A stretch of DNA of 63,213 bases, filler included, from an uncultured archaeon (GCA_903842985.1; 7 parts of 7 records of this genome joined end to end with filler, not necessarily neighbours in it), one strand, 5' to 3'. Shown: positions 17,732-27,757, counted from the whole stretch's first letter. A program made the numbers and translations. Notes: generated by a model not told the origin, from the sequence alone.

Positions 17732-17775
17732 CCTCCTTTTTAAATGATTAAGAAAAACTTAAAAAGGTGAGAAAC

Positions 17776-18777
17776 ATGAGAAACAAGGTAGTAATGGAAG
17801 AATTAGAGGAAATTGAAGAGGAAACAATCAGCATGGATCCAAAAAAGATAAATTCTGTAAAGGATTTGCCTGGCGTGGGCGCTGCAACAGCTGAAAAGCT
17901 TATGTCAGCAGGCGTTGACAGCCTAATGTCAATTGCAGTTTCATCTCCCGGGCAGCTTGTTGAATTGTCAGGCGTGACAGAAGCAGTTGCAAGGAAAATG
18001 ATAAATGCAGCAAGGGATGCGCTTGAAATGGGGTTTGAATCAGGTGACGATCTTCTTAAGAAAAGAGAAAGGGTGCAGAAGATATCAACGGGAAGCAAGG
18101 CATTTGACGAGATGATGGAAGGAGGTTTTGAAACAGGAGCAATCACAGAATGCTTTGGCGAATTCGGCTCCGGCAAAACGCAGCTTGCTCACATTTTGGC
18201 AGTAAGTATACAGAAGGATGATCCGGATGCAGTTGCTGTCTACATTGACACAGAAAACACATTCAGGCCAGAGAGGATAATACAGCTTGCAAAGGGTGCA
18301 AATCTTGACCCTGACAAAGTTCTGAAGAACATAAGGGTTGCAAGGGCATACAACTCAGACCATCAGATGCTTTTGGCTGAAAAAGTAAATGACTTAATCA
18401 AGGACAAGAGCCTTAAAGTCAAGCTTGTTGTCATTGATTCGCTGACAGCGCATTTCAGGGCAGAGTTCATTGGAAGGGGCACGCTTGCAGAAAGGCAGCA
18501 GAAGATAAACAAGCACATGCACACGCTTCTGAAGCTCGCAGACGCGCACAACCTTTTGGTTTACGTAACAAACCAGGTTATGTCAAAGCCAGACACTTTC
18601 TTCGGAGACCCAACACAGGCAATTGGCGGACACATTGTTGCTCACAGTTCCACCTTCAGAATCTATTTGAGGAAGGGGAAGAAAGGCAGCAGGGTTGCAA
18701 AGCTCATTGATTCGCCGAACATGGCAGAGAAGGAGTGCGGATTCTTCGTGACAGAAGGCGGTCTGAAGGAGATTTAA
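17776..18777 (+). CDS. radA: DNA repair and recombination protein RadA
   Basis: HhH N-domain LPGVG; Walker A GEFGSGKT; IDTENTFRPERI. Confidence 0.97.
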   Translation: MRNKVVMEELEEIEEETISMDPKKINSVKDLPGVGAATAEKLMSAGVDSLMSIAVSSPGQLVELSGVTEAVARKMINAARDALEMGFESGDDLLKKRERVQKISTGSKAFDEMMEGGFETGAITECFGEFGSGKTQLAHILAVSIQKDDPDAVAVYIDTENTFRPERIIQLAKGANLDPDKVLKNIRVARAYNSDHQMLLAEKVNDLIKDKSLKVKLVVIDSLTAHFRAEFIGRGTLAERQQKINKHMHTLLKLADAHNLLVYVTNQVMSKPDTFFGDPTQAIGGHIVAHSSTFRIYLRKGKKGSRVAKLIDSPNMAEKECGFFVTEGGLKEI

Positions 18778-18826
18778 TTTTTTTCTTTATTTTTGGAAAG
18801 ATTTATATAGTCAAATTGATTACAAA

Positions 18827-19045
18827 ATGGTAAACAATACTCATTTCGAGAAAATTGTGAAGACAAGGCATTATAGGATATTTCATAAAAGAAAAGTGCC
18901 TTGGAAATTGGTTTTGCAGATAGTGGCTACAGCAAGAAGAAAATGCAAAGGAACTAATTTAGTTGAGTTTAAGACTGAAAATTACTATGTTTTTGGAAAA
19001 ATAGAAAACAATGAATTAAAAATAATAAACGCAAAAAGAAAATGA
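18827..19045 (+). CDS. Small basic protein, putative toxin of a type II TA-like pair
   Basis: 72 aa, ending IINAK; ATGA overlap with the next gene. Confidence 0.5.
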   Translation: MVNNTHFEKIVKTRHYRIFHKRKVPWKLVLQIVATARRKCKGTNLVEFKTENYYVFGKIENNELKIINAKRK

Positions 19046-19368
19046 AAATCAAAAAATGTCCGGAATGCGGGAATTTGATGAAACAGGTGGAAGTGGCTGT
19101 TGAAGATGCAGAGAATAAAATCCAAAGCCTTCAGTGCCCCAAATGCGGCTATTTTGAATTCGACAAGAAAACAGGGATGAATGTTGTAAAGGAATTGGAA
19201 GAAAAGGAGCAGGCGCTTAAAATCAAGCAGAAAATCGTGAAATTGTCGCACAAAAGGCTAGGGATGTATTTCAACAAGCACATCGTGGAAAGCCTTGGGC
19301 TAAAGCCAGGAGAGGATATTTCTGTTTCAGTCCCGTCCAAAAAGAAGATAATTATTGAAGTGGGATAG
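19042..19368 (+). CDS. Zinc-ribbon plus AbrB-like protein, putative antitoxin
   Basis: CPECG..M...CPKCG, then LGMYFNKHIVESLGLKPGEDI. Confidence 0.65.
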   Translation: MKIKKCPECGNLMKQVEVAVEDAENKIQSLQCPKCGYFEFDKKTGMNVVKELEEKEQALKIKQKIVKLSHKRLGMYFNKHIVESLGLKPGEDISVSVPSKKKIIIEVG

Positions 19369-19403
19369 TTAATTTTTTAAAACAGAGCATCTTCTGAAGT
19401 TCT

Positions 19404-20054
19404 ATGGTTAAAAGAATTAGCTGGTTTGAAGCATTCGGCAAGGCAATGAATGTCATATTCATAAAGAAAGATTTTTCGAACTACAAAGAGATGGTTAAGA
19501 ATGAATTAAAATTTTATAGGAAATACTTGAAGCAAGGTGCAAAAGTCCTTGACATTGGTTGCGGGCTCGGTTGTGAAGCTGTTCCGCTTTCAGGATTTGG
19601 CTATAAAGTTGTTGGAATCGACAATGACAAAAGGGTTGTGGAGGCGGCAAGGAAAAATGCAAAGAAATTCGGCAAGAAAATCAAAATAGTTTACGGCAAT
19701 ATCTTCAGAATAGATAGAATTTTTGGGAAGAACTCATTTGATGCCTGCATTTCCGGCGGTGTTCTGGAGCATTTCCCTGAGAAAAAGGTAAGGCAGATAA
19801 TCAGGAAACAGCTTTATGTTGCTCCGCTTGTAATCGCTTCAATCCCTCTTTCTTCGAAAAAGAACATGAGAAGCGAATATAAAGATTACAGAAGAAGAAT
19901 CTGCAGGGATGGAATCTACAGGAATTTTTGGAGCGTAAATTATATGCTGAATAATATTTTTAAAGGATTTAATATAGTTGATTACAAAATACAAAGGGCG
20001 CACAAATCAATAGGAAATTTTAAGGCGTTAATAATTGTAATTGGTAGAAAATGA
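19404..20054 (+). CDS. Class I SAM-dependent methyltransferase
   Basis: VLDIGCGLG; FD.CIS.GVLEHF. Confidence 0.9.
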   Translation: MVKRISWFEAFGKAMNVIFIKKDFSNYKEMVKNELKFYRKYLKQGAKVLDIGCGLGCEAVPLSGFGYKVVGIDNDKRVVEAARKNAKKFGKKIKIVYGNIFRIDRIFGKNSFDACISGGVLEHFPEKKVRQIIRKQLYVAPLVIASIPLSSKKNMRSEYKDYRRRICRDGIYRNFWSVNYMLNNIFKGFNIVDYKIQRAHKSIGNFKALIIVIGRK

Positions 20055-20560
20055 GACTCTTCATAGCAGTTGATTTCAACGAACTGAAGGATTATTTTAC
20101 TGAATTGCAGAAGCAGCTTCCAGAAGCGAAGTCAACGCTGCCGAAGGATTTTCATTTGACATTAAAGTTTCTTGGAGAGGTTGAAGACAGCAGGGTTGAG
20201 AAGATAAGAGAAGCATTAAGAAAAATAAAATTCAAGCCATTTGAGGCAAAGGTCACGAATATAGGATATTTCACTCCAGATTTTCTGAAGGTTGTTTTCG
20301 TTGATGTTGACAACGCAATCAGCAAACTGCAAAGCGAGATTGATACTAAATTAGAAGCCATGTTCAAGAAAGAAGCCAACTTCCACCCGCACTTAACAAT
20401 TGCAAGGATAAAGTTTGTCAAAGACAAGAAAGGATACATTGAAGCATTAAATAAAATAAAGACAGATGAAAAGAAAGTAAAAATAGATTCGTTCCAGCTC
20501 ATCAAAAGCACGCTGGCACCAGAAGGGCCTATTTATGAGGTTGTTGAGGAATTCAGCTGA
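20051..20560 (+). CDS. thpR: RNA 2',3'-cyclic phosphodiesterase (2H family)
   Basis: MRLFIAV start; two HxT motifs (HLTLKFLG, PHLTIAR). Confidence 0.93.
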   Translation: MRLFIAVDFNELKDYFTELQKQLPEAKSTLPKDFHLTLKFLGEVEDSRVEKIREALRKIKFKPFEAKVTNIGYFTPDFLKVVFVDVDNAISKLQSEIDTKLEAMFKKEANFHPHLTIARIKFVKDKKGYIEALNKIKTDEKKVKIDSFQLIKSTLAPEGPIYEVVEEFS

Positions 20561-21448
20561 TTAGTAAAAATGTATATCCAAATTAAATGCTTTCATGAAG
20601 AATCTTACTGTTTTTTTGCCAAGCGGATGCTTGAAGAAGCCATTTATAGTTGTTCTGATAGGACCAAACATGAAAATATATGAAATAGGTTTTGCAAAAA
20701 TTTTGAATGTTGGCCTCATTTTCTTTTCAAAATACCTTCTTAAAACAATTTTTTGGATTTTTCCCGACTTTTTTAATAGCTTTATTCTGTCTTTAGCTGA
20801 TAATTCAGGTGTAACAAAAATAGGAGATGTTGTATTTTGAGCAGAATCATTCAAATATGTTTTGGGATCTCTGATAAACGCTTTATTTTCCTTTACCCAT
20901 TCATATAGTTCTGTGCCTGGAAAAGGGATTAAATTATAGAAATGAACGTCGGAGACAGGATATTTTAAGGCTAATTTGAAAGTGTCTTCAACATCCTCAA
21001 TTGTTTCATGAGGACTTCCGATTATGAAGAATAATTGCAAATCAAAATTTAAATCAATTATCATACGAATTGCTTTTTCTATGTCTGCCATCGATTCCTC
21101 TTTTTTAATCACTTTAAGCATTTTGTCATTGCCAACTTCAACACCTATTCCTATTTGGTTAAATCCTGCTGATTTCATTGCTGTAAGAACTTGCTTGTTT
21201 ACCCTATCTGCACGTATGCCACCACACCTAATTTTTAGGTCCTTTAATCCACCTTTTTTAATTAACCTGCATAATTCAATAACTCTTTCTTTTATTATTG
21301 TAAAATTATCATCAACAAAACAGAATTCTTTGAAACCCTTATCATACCACATTTTTAATTCGTCAAATACATTTTGTGGGCTTCTTACTCTGAACGATCT
21401 TCCAGCTGTTGTCGCTGTTGGACAGTATATGCATCTGAAAGGGCATCC
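20561..21448 (-). CDS. Radical SAM protein, B12-binding class-like (5' truncated)
   Basis: GCPFRCIYC at contig edge; FVDDNF, GIGVE.G, PFPGTEL. Confidence 0.88.
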   Translation of the reverse strand, partial: GCPFRCIYCPTATTAGRSFRVRSPQNVFDELKMWYDKGFKEFCFVDDNFTIIKERVIELCRLIKKGGLKDLKIRCGGIRADRVNKQVLTAMKSAGFNQIGIGVEVGNDKMLKVIKKEESMADIEKAIRMIIDLNFDLQLFFIIGSPHETIEDVEDTFKLALKYPVSDVHFYNLIPFPGTELYEWVKENKAFIRDPKTYLNDSAQNTTSPIFVTPELSAKDRIKLLKKSGKIQKIVLRRYFEKKMRPTFKIFAKPISYIFMFGPIRTTINGFFKHPLGKKTVRFFMKAFNLDIHFY

Positions 21449-21548
21449 NNNNNNNNNNNNNNNNNNNNNNNNNNNNNNNNNNNNNNNNNNNNTTAATTAA
21501 TTAANNNNNNNNNNNNNNNNNNNNNNNNNNNNNNNNNNNNNNNNNNNN
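21449..21548. other. Artificial contig linker
   Basis: N run + TTAATTAATTAA + N run. Confidence 0.98.
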
Positions 21549-21562
21549 CAAAAGAACTGCAC

Positions 21563-22765
21563 TTACTTTCCAAGAAAAGCTAGTTCTTCCTTTTCAAGCG
21601 CAAGGTTCTGCGAGATGCTTTCCTTTGCAGGCTTGCTCTTTAGGATGTTCTTCATGAAAGGAAGATAATACTGCTGTATTTTTCTGGAAGAAGCATGGAG
21701 CTTTGTGCCGAACTTTGCGCAGATGGCTTTTTTCATCTCGCGCATTGATTTGGTCTGGTAAAGGCGCAGGAGCTTTGAGGGAGGCATGTAGCGCGTGAAC
21801 TTGTGATACACCCGCTCTTTTGAAGCAGAGACTCCTGCTGTGACCAAATCATTAACATATTTGTAAAGTTCCCAGGACTGCCTTCGCAGTATTCGTCCGC
21901 TGAAGACGTCTGCGCGCGATGCATAATTGTACGCTTTTGCAACCTCAGAAGGGAGCTCGTATTCATTTGCGATGTTGTCGGTAATCCAGAGTCTAACCAT
22001 CTCAGGTTCAAGGTCAACTTTCTCGATTATGTTGCGGGATTCGTTCAAATCTTCGGTCTTGAAAACTGTCTGAACTGCGCTGAAGATTTTTTCTTCTTTC
22101 GGGCGCTCCTCAAGGGAAGTCAAATCTTCTCCAGTAACTTTTTTCTTGCCAGCAGAAATCATGTCCAAATCAGTGAGGGCTGCACGCACATCTCCTGAGG
22201 AGTTTTTTGAAATAAATTCAGTAACAAGAGGCTCGAACTCAATGCCTTCTGCAGTCAGAATTGCCTGCAGATATTTGTTAAGAGTGGCAGAATGAATTTT
22301 TTTGAATTCAATAGCAGTTGCACAAGATTTGAGAGACTTGAGTTTTTGGTTCCAGATATCAAGCGCAATCAGTATTATGGGCACGCGGGATTCCTTGATA
22401 AGCTTGATGAGCGCAGCCATTCCGCCGCGGTCGCTTGCTGTAAATGATTCTGCCTCGTCAATCAAAATCATCTTCTTTTTCCCGAAAAGGCTGCCTGTCC
22501 TCAGCGCAGAACCTATCTGCTGCTCAATCACATCCTTTCCGCGAAAATCCGAAGCATTAAGCTCAGTGAGTTCGTAATTCATCTCGTTCGCAATCGTGTA
22601 AACTGACGTAGTCTTACCTGTGCCTGTGGGGCCATAAATAATAAGCGCCTTGTTCTTCTGCTGCCTGAATGTATTAAGAAATTCTATAACCTGCATTATT
22701 GCAGCGCTCTGCCCTATTATATCAGCTATTTTCTTTGGAGCGTATTTTTCAAGAAACGACATCAT
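21563..22765 (-). CDS. rfcL: Replication factor C large subunit
   Basis: EKYAPK, GPTGTGKTT, ELNASDFR, LIDEAE, GDVRAAL. Confidence 0.93.
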   Translation of the reverse strand: MMSFLEKYAPKKIADIIGQSAAIMQVIEFLNTFRQQKNKALIIYGPTGTGKTTSVYTIANEMNYELTELNASDFRGKDVIEQQIGSALRTGSLFGKKKMILIDEAESFTASDRGGMAALIKLIKESRVPIILIALDIWNQKLKSLKSCATAIEFKKIHSATLNKYLQAILTAEGIEFEPLVTEFISKNSSGDVRAALTDLDMISAGKKKVTGEDLTSLEERPKEEKIFSAVQTVFKTEDLNESRNIIEKVDLEPEMVRLWITDNIANEYELPSEVAKAYNYASRADVFSGRILRRQSWELYKYVNDLVTAGVSASKERVYHKFTRYMPPSKLLRLYQTKSMREMKKAICAKFGTKLHASSRKIQQYYLPFMKNILKSKPAKESISQNLALEKEELAFLGK

Positions 22766-23106
22766 AATAATCCATTAAGCTCAAAAAGCTCAAGCAACTT
22801 GTCAAAATCCATTTTACCGGATGCTTTCATCATTTCCAAATCATAGATTGACTCTGCATTCTCATCCATCTTCAAAAGATACAGTGATTCAAGCGGCGCA
22901 ATCCTGAAATATCCTTTCCCACATTTTTGTGTACAGACTTCCTTGCGCTCCTGTGAAAGCATTTTTGACGGGAAAAATATTGTTCGGTTCGCTGTCTTCA
23001 GGCAGATTTTCTTTTCGTTCTCAGCGCAGAAGCAGATGTTAAGACTGAGCTCTCCGCCTTTCTCGTTCTTTTGTATTGTCAGAACATCGAAAAAGGGAGA
23101 AATCAT
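22762..23106 (-). CDS. Hypothetical protein
   Basis: ORF overlapping the rfcL start; true start uncertain. Confidence 0.4.
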   Translation of the reverse strand: MISPFFDVLTIQKNEKGGELSLNICFCAENEKKICLKTANRTIFFPSKMLSQERKEVCTQKCGKGYFRIAPLESLYLLKMDENAESIYDLEMMKASGKMDFDKLLELFELNGLL

Positions 23107-23289
23107 TCGCTGGGCGGCAAATATTTCAATTGATAAGACACTTCAGAATATTTCAAAAACACGCTTTTATTCCACTCCCACGATGGAAGCTCGTTCTCTT
23201 CTTTATCCCGTTATTAATAATGACATTGCGTTTCAGCAAACGTATCTTATACGATTCACCGGCAGTTTCTATTCCAACGCAATCACCCC

Positions 23290-23389
23290 NNNNNNNNNNN
23301 NNNNNNNNNNNNNNNNNNNNNNNNNNNNNNNNNTTAATTAATTAANNNNNNNNNNNNNNNNNNNNNNNNNNNNNNNNNNNNNNNNNNNN
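23290..23389. other. Artificial contig linker
   Basis: N run + TTAATTAATTAA + N run. Confidence 0.98.
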
Positions 23390-23407
23390 CAGATAACAGA
23401 GAATATT

Positions 23408-23875
23408 ATGTCACTTTTCCCCCTATTCAGGAGACTGCTAAAGTCCAGCGAAGAGGATAAATGCACCAAAATACCCAACCCGCAATATCCCGTCTTGGGG
23501 ATATTATCAGTCAGGGGCGCTTTGCCAATGTCTGAAATCGGGATGCGCCTCGGCATCTCAAAGCCAAATATGACTGTCATCATCGACTATCTAATCGCGG
23601 AGAAGAATGTCAAGAGGATAGATGATGAGAAAGACAGAAGGATAGTAATGATAGATATCACTGAAAAAGGCAGGGAGGCGCTGAAAGGCGCAAGAGAGCT
23701 CCTAAAAAATGAACTCAAAAAGAAGCTTCTTATCCTGAATGAGAAAGATCTAGTAAAGATGTTAAGCTCACTAAAGAACTTAAAAGAGGTATTGTCAAAG
23801 ATTGATTCCTCCACAAATAAAGACAACAAAGGAATCAAGACTAAAAAATATGCAACCAAGGAGGCTAAAAAATGA
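23408..23875 (+). CDS. MarR family transcriptional regulator (possibly 5' truncated)
   Basis: MSEIG..LGISKPNMT helix-turn-helix; DEKDRR...ITEKG wing. Confidence 0.9.
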   Translation: MSLFPLFRRLLKSSEEDKCTKIPNPQYPVLGILSVRGALPMSEIGMRLGISKPNMTVIIDYLIAEKNVKRIDDEKDRRIVMIDITEKGREALKGARELLKNELKKKLLILNEKDLVKMLSSLKNLKEVLSKIDSSTNKDNKGIKTKKYATKEAKK

Positions 23876-24834
23876 AAACAAGAGGATGTGTGCAGAGTTT
23901 AATACTCCTCGCAGCATTTATGATATTTGCTGTTGCAGGGTCAACACCAGTGCATGGCGAGAACGTGAATGAGATTAATTATTCTTCTTCCAGAACCATA
24001 GCTACCACTTCAAACTCATATTTCATGATAAGTGTGATTAAATATGAACCTTACCCTGTGAATGCAGGAGACTGGTTTGACCTGTGGATAAAGGTGCAAA
24101 ACATGGGACTTAATGATGCACGGGATGCAAGATTCGAGCTCAGGATGGATTATCCTTTCTCTTCGAATGACTCGCTTGTGAGGGATTACGGACTAATCAA
24201 CGGAATAAACAGCGCTTACAAGCTGGATGCCACAAAAGACGCAACCCAGGTTGTCCTTAAATACAGGGTTAGGGTGGCTGACAATGCGCCTGAGGGAGAA
24301 TCAAAACTCAGGTTTATAACAAATTCAAATTCAGAATCAGCAGATACGGCAGCAGGCTATGACATACCAATCGAAATAGCCAAGACAAAGACTGATTTCA
24401 ATGTCAAGCTCAGGGACATAACACCTCAGGAAATCTCGCTTGTTCTCACGAACACAGGAGACAAAACTGCAAAAGCAATTGTCTTCGAGGTGGAGCCAGG
24501 CAATGTAAATTTCCTCAAGGAGGCGGAGCCTTTGTCTCTCGGCGACTTAAATCAGGGAGATCTTACGGTTGCGCATGTAAAAGCTATTCCCAAACAGGGG
24601 GCTGATGCAATCAATGTCAGGATATCATACACAGACATTGCAGGAGTGAGGAACACAGTTGAGAAAACAGTGCCCATTGACAGTTCTATACTGCAGAATG
24701 TATGCACCCAGGTGCCTAACAAGGATTACCTCAGATGGGTCTTCGGCACAGTGGGACTTCTCACCGGAGTTTTCATAATGCTTCTCACAATGCTTATTCT
24801 GCAGAAGAGACGCGCTGCAAAGCATCATCAGTAG
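23872..24834 (+). CDS. COG1361-like S-layer/Ig-fold protein with C-terminal TM anchor
   Basis: Signal peptide; YEPYPV.AG..FDL..KVQN.G; L.NTG...A; C-terminal TM plus basic tail. Confidence 0.7.
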   Translation: MKTRGCVQSLILLAAFMIFAVAGSTPVHGENVNEINYSSSRTIATTSNSYFMISVIKYEPYPVNAGDWFDLWIKVQNMGLNDARDARFELRMDYPFSSNDSLVRDYGLINGINSAYKLDATKDATQVVLKYRVRVADNAPEGESKLRFITNSNSESADTAAGYDIPIEIAKTKTDFNVKLRDITPQEISLVLTNTGDKTAKAIVFEVEPGNVNFLKEAEPLSLGDLNQGDLTVAHVKAIPKQGADAINVRISYTDIAGVRNTVEKTVPIDSSILQNVCTQVPNKDYLRWVFGTVGLLTGVFIMLLTMLILQKRRAAKHHQ

Positions 24835-24860
24835 GAGCAGAAGCGAACGAGTTGACTAAT

Positions 24861-25571
24861 ATGAAAAAAGAATCAGCTTTCCAAAAAATAGAGAAAAAAG
24901 TAATTGAGGAAGAGAAAAAGATAGGCCATGAGATAAGGAAGGATGAGAAAGCTGCTGCACATTTCATCCAGAGCCATACATTCAAGATAATCATTCTTAC
25001 TGTTGTCTTTGGCGTCCTCTTAGGCGGACTAATTTACCTTACAGCAATACAGGACAGGGTTTACATAGAGAAATCAGAGATAAGCGCGCCCATAATCTCA
25101 CTGTCGCCTGCCTCTTCAGGAATACTTGAGAAAGTGTTTGTAAAAGAAGGGGATATCATACCTGCCAACACCGTTGTTGCCCAGGTGAGCGGCAGCCAGA
25201 TAAGGTCTGAGATAGGCGGTCTCGTGATAAAAGTTCAAGACACTCCGGGCCAGATTGTCAGCCAGCAGACTCCAATTGTGCAGATGATAGACCAAAATAA
25301 GCTAAGGGTGGTAGGCCATCTGGCGGAAGACAAGGGATTGAAGGACATACACAATGGCCAGCATGTTGTCTTCACAGTAGACGCTTTCGGCTCTGAAAAA
25401 TTCAATGGGACAGTTGAGTCCATAAGCCCTGCTTCGAGGGACTCAGCAATTCTCTTTTCGATTTCAGACAAGAGACCTGAAAAAGAATTTGATGTAAAAA
25501 TAAAATATGACAATAGTGTTTACAGCCAATTTAAGAATGGAATGTCTGCAAAGATGTGGGTTTACAAATAA
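24861..25571 (+). CDS. HlyD/EmrA-family membrane fusion protein (short form)
   Basis: N-terminal TM, lipoyl-like VKEGD, GTVESISPAS, C-terminal GMSAK. Confidence 0.85.
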   Translation: MKKESAFQKIEKKVIEEEKKIGHEIRKDEKAAAHFIQSHTFKIIILTVVFGVLLGGLIYLTAIQDRVYIEKSEISAPIISLSPASSGILEKVFVKEGDIIPANTVVAQVSGSQIRSEIGGLVIKVQDTPGQIVSQQTPIVQMIDQNKLRVVGHLAEDKGLKDIHNGQHVVFTVDAFGSEKFNGTVESISPASRDSAILFSISDKRPEKEFDVKIKYDNSVYSQFKNGMSAKMWVYK

Positions 25572-25582
25572 TTCGAGAGAAA

Positions 25583-27088
25583 ATGTCTGCTGACTCTAAA
25601 CCAGATTCTAAAAATAATACCAAATGGATTGTTCTTGCCACAGTTATGATTGGAACTTTTCTTGGAGGGCTGAATATGACAATTGCAAATCTTGCCCTTC
25701 CAAAAATAATTTCTGATTTTGGCATCACTGTTTCAATGGCAGGCTGGATTTCCACGGCATATATAATCGCCAATGCGGTGCTTGTTCCTGTCTGGGGAAA
25801 GCTTGGAGACATGATAGGAAGAAAAAAAGTCTATATCCTGGGCTTCTCCATTTTCATAGTAGGCTCCATACTTACTGGATTGGCATGGAATTTTAGTTCC
25901 ATGGTAGTTTTCAGGGTCATCCAGGCTATTGCAGTGTCAGCTGATTATCCAACAGCAATGGCGATTATAGCAGTCACTTTCACTGAAGGCAGAGAAAGGG
26001 CTCAAGCGCTTGGAATATGGTCTGCTTCATTTGCAATATCAAGCGTCTTTGGACCTCTTATCGGAGGTCCTTTGATAGATGCATTCGGCTGGCGTTCTGT
26101 TTTTTTCATTTCGATTCCTACGGGTCTTTTTGGGATATTCATGGCTCTCAGGTATGTGAAAGAATTCGTGAATACTAAGGCAGATGCAAATTTTGACTTC
26201 AAGGGAGCTGTAACTTTAGGCCTTACGCTTACTGCTCTTGTGCTTGTTCTCGAGAAGGGATTGGACTGGGGATGGTTTTCGATAGATAGCATCATTACTT
26301 ATGCAGCTGTGATTTTGTTCGGAACTATTTTTTACTTCACTGAAAGGAAAAACAAAGAACCCATTGTTGACTTTAAGTTCTTCAAGAACACTGTATTCGT
26401 GGGAACCCTTGCAAACAATTTCATAGTCTTTATGGGCATGATGGGTGCGATGTTCCTGCTGCCGATTTTTGTCCAGACATATCTGGGCTATGGCGCCACT
26501 CAAACGGGCTATCTTTTCATGCCCATGGCTTTTTTTATGGTTCTGTCAGCCCAGATTGGAGGATGGATGGTGGGCAAAGTCAAGGCAAACTGGGTCATAT
26601 GCATAAGCACTCTTATTGCTGCATTTGGAATATATCTTTTCTCATTCTACATAGATCCCAAATCCACTGCGCTTGACATAATAATTCCGATAAGCGTGAT
26701 GGCAATGGGTCTGGGGCTTGGAATGTCGCAGAGGACTGTCGCAATAACCTCGTCTGTACCTGTGCATGAAGTTGGCATGGCTTCTTCTGTCCTGGCTCTT
26801 GCAAGGAACATAGCAGGAGCATTTGGCATTGCAATTTTTTCAACAATACTTACAAATGCAACTAAAAGCAGTGTTTTACAAATTGCGCAGAACACTGTGA
26901 TACACACTTCTAATCCTATGATCATAGGCGAGGTCACAGCACTGATAGGTTTTAAGGCCCAGATAACAGCATTCGCCACAGTATTCACTGTCTCATCAAT
27001 TTTAGTTCTTATTGGCGCCATTGTTTCGTTTTTTGTCAAAATACCTGATTTTAAAAACAAGAAGACCGAGCAAGTGCCTGTTGAATGA
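25583..27088 (+). CDS. MFS transporter, DHA2 (EmrB/QacA) family
   Basis: GKLGDMIGRKK motif A; GPLIGG...GWRSVF; about 14 TM segments. Confidence 0.93.
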   Translation: MSADSKPDSKNNTKWIVLATVMIGTFLGGLNMTIANLALPKIISDFGITVSMAGWISTAYIIANAVLVPVWGKLGDMIGRKKVYILGFSIFIVGSILTGLAWNFSSMVVFRVIQAIAVSADYPTAMAIIAVTFTEGRERAQALGIWSASFAISSVFGPLIGGPLIDAFGWRSVFFISIPTGLFGIFMALRYVKEFVNTKADANFDFKGAVTLGLTLTALVLVLEKGLDWGWFSIDSIITYAAVILFGTIFYFTERKNKEPIVDFKFFKNTVFVGTLANNFIVFMGMMGAMFLLPIFVQTYLGYGATQTGYLFMPMAFFMVLSAQIGGWMVGKVKANWVICISTLIAAFGIYLFSFYIDPKSTALDIIIPISVMAMGLGLGMSQRTVAITSSVPVHEVGMASSVLALARNIAGAFGIAIFSTILTNATKSSVLQIAQNTVIHTSNPMIIGEVTALIGFKAQITAFATVFTVSSILVLIGAIVSFFVKIPDFKNKKTEQVPVE

Positions 27089-27142
27089 AAGTCTGTTAAA
27101 TTTACCACGAATATTTAATGCAGGTGGGTAGCTTAATAGAAC

Positions 27143-27646
27143 TCAAAAAACCTTCTTAAAAACAATTGATTTAACGCCTATAAGCCTTTTCGGGTCAGAT
27201 GTTTCTGCTATTTTCTCGTACTTTGCTTTTTCATGCACTCTAAGGGAAGCCTTGTTATTTGACGCGACATCTGTGTAAACTCCCTTGTATCCCTCTTTTC
27301 TTTCAAAATCTTCGGTTGCTAAAAGTATTAAAGTTCCGTAACCTTTGCCACTAAATTTTGGATGAACGCCAAAACCCATGCAGTAAGCGAAGTTTTCTTT
27401 TTCTTCAGGGAATCTTGGGCTTTTGTACTGCGCATAAGGACCGAATATAGAATATGCAATTATTTCTCCGTTCTCCTCTCCAATTATTACAGTCGTGTTG
27501 CTTTTTGTGCCAAACAGCTCCCCAAGCAGTTTGGGAATGACAGATTCTTTCGGCTTCCCGCTGTAAAAAGCAGCAATGTAGCCTGCCTTTTCCATAACAG
27601 AGTAAATTCCTTCAATATCTTTGGCAGTTGCTTTTCTTAGTTTCAT
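27143..27646 (-). CDS. GNAT family N-acetyltransferase
   Basis: VHPKFSGKGYGT acetyl-CoA loop; N.ASL..HEK. Confidence 0.88.
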   Translation of the reverse strand: MKLRKATAKDIEGIYSVMEKAGYIAAFYSGKPKESVIPKLLGELFGTKSNTTVIIGEENGEIIAYSIFGPYAQYKSPRFPEEKENFAYCMGFGVHPKFSGKGYGTLILLATEDFERKEGYKGVYTDVASNNKASLRVHEKAKYEKIAETSDPKRLIGVKSIVFKKVF

Positions 27647-27682
27647 GTTAAAATGCCGTTAAAATTAACAAGATTATAAAGG

Positions 27683-27729
27683 TGCCGGTAAGGGACTTCC
27701 AAAAAAGTATGATATTTGGAGATTTGAGC
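27683..27729 (+). repeat. Intergenic direct repeat R1
   Basis: Core CTTCCAAAAAAGTATGATATTTGGAGATTTGAGC (27696-27729), 31/34 identical to R2. Confidence 0.88.
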
Positions 27730-27757
27730 CAGTGGTGATGATGTATTGTAAACCAAG

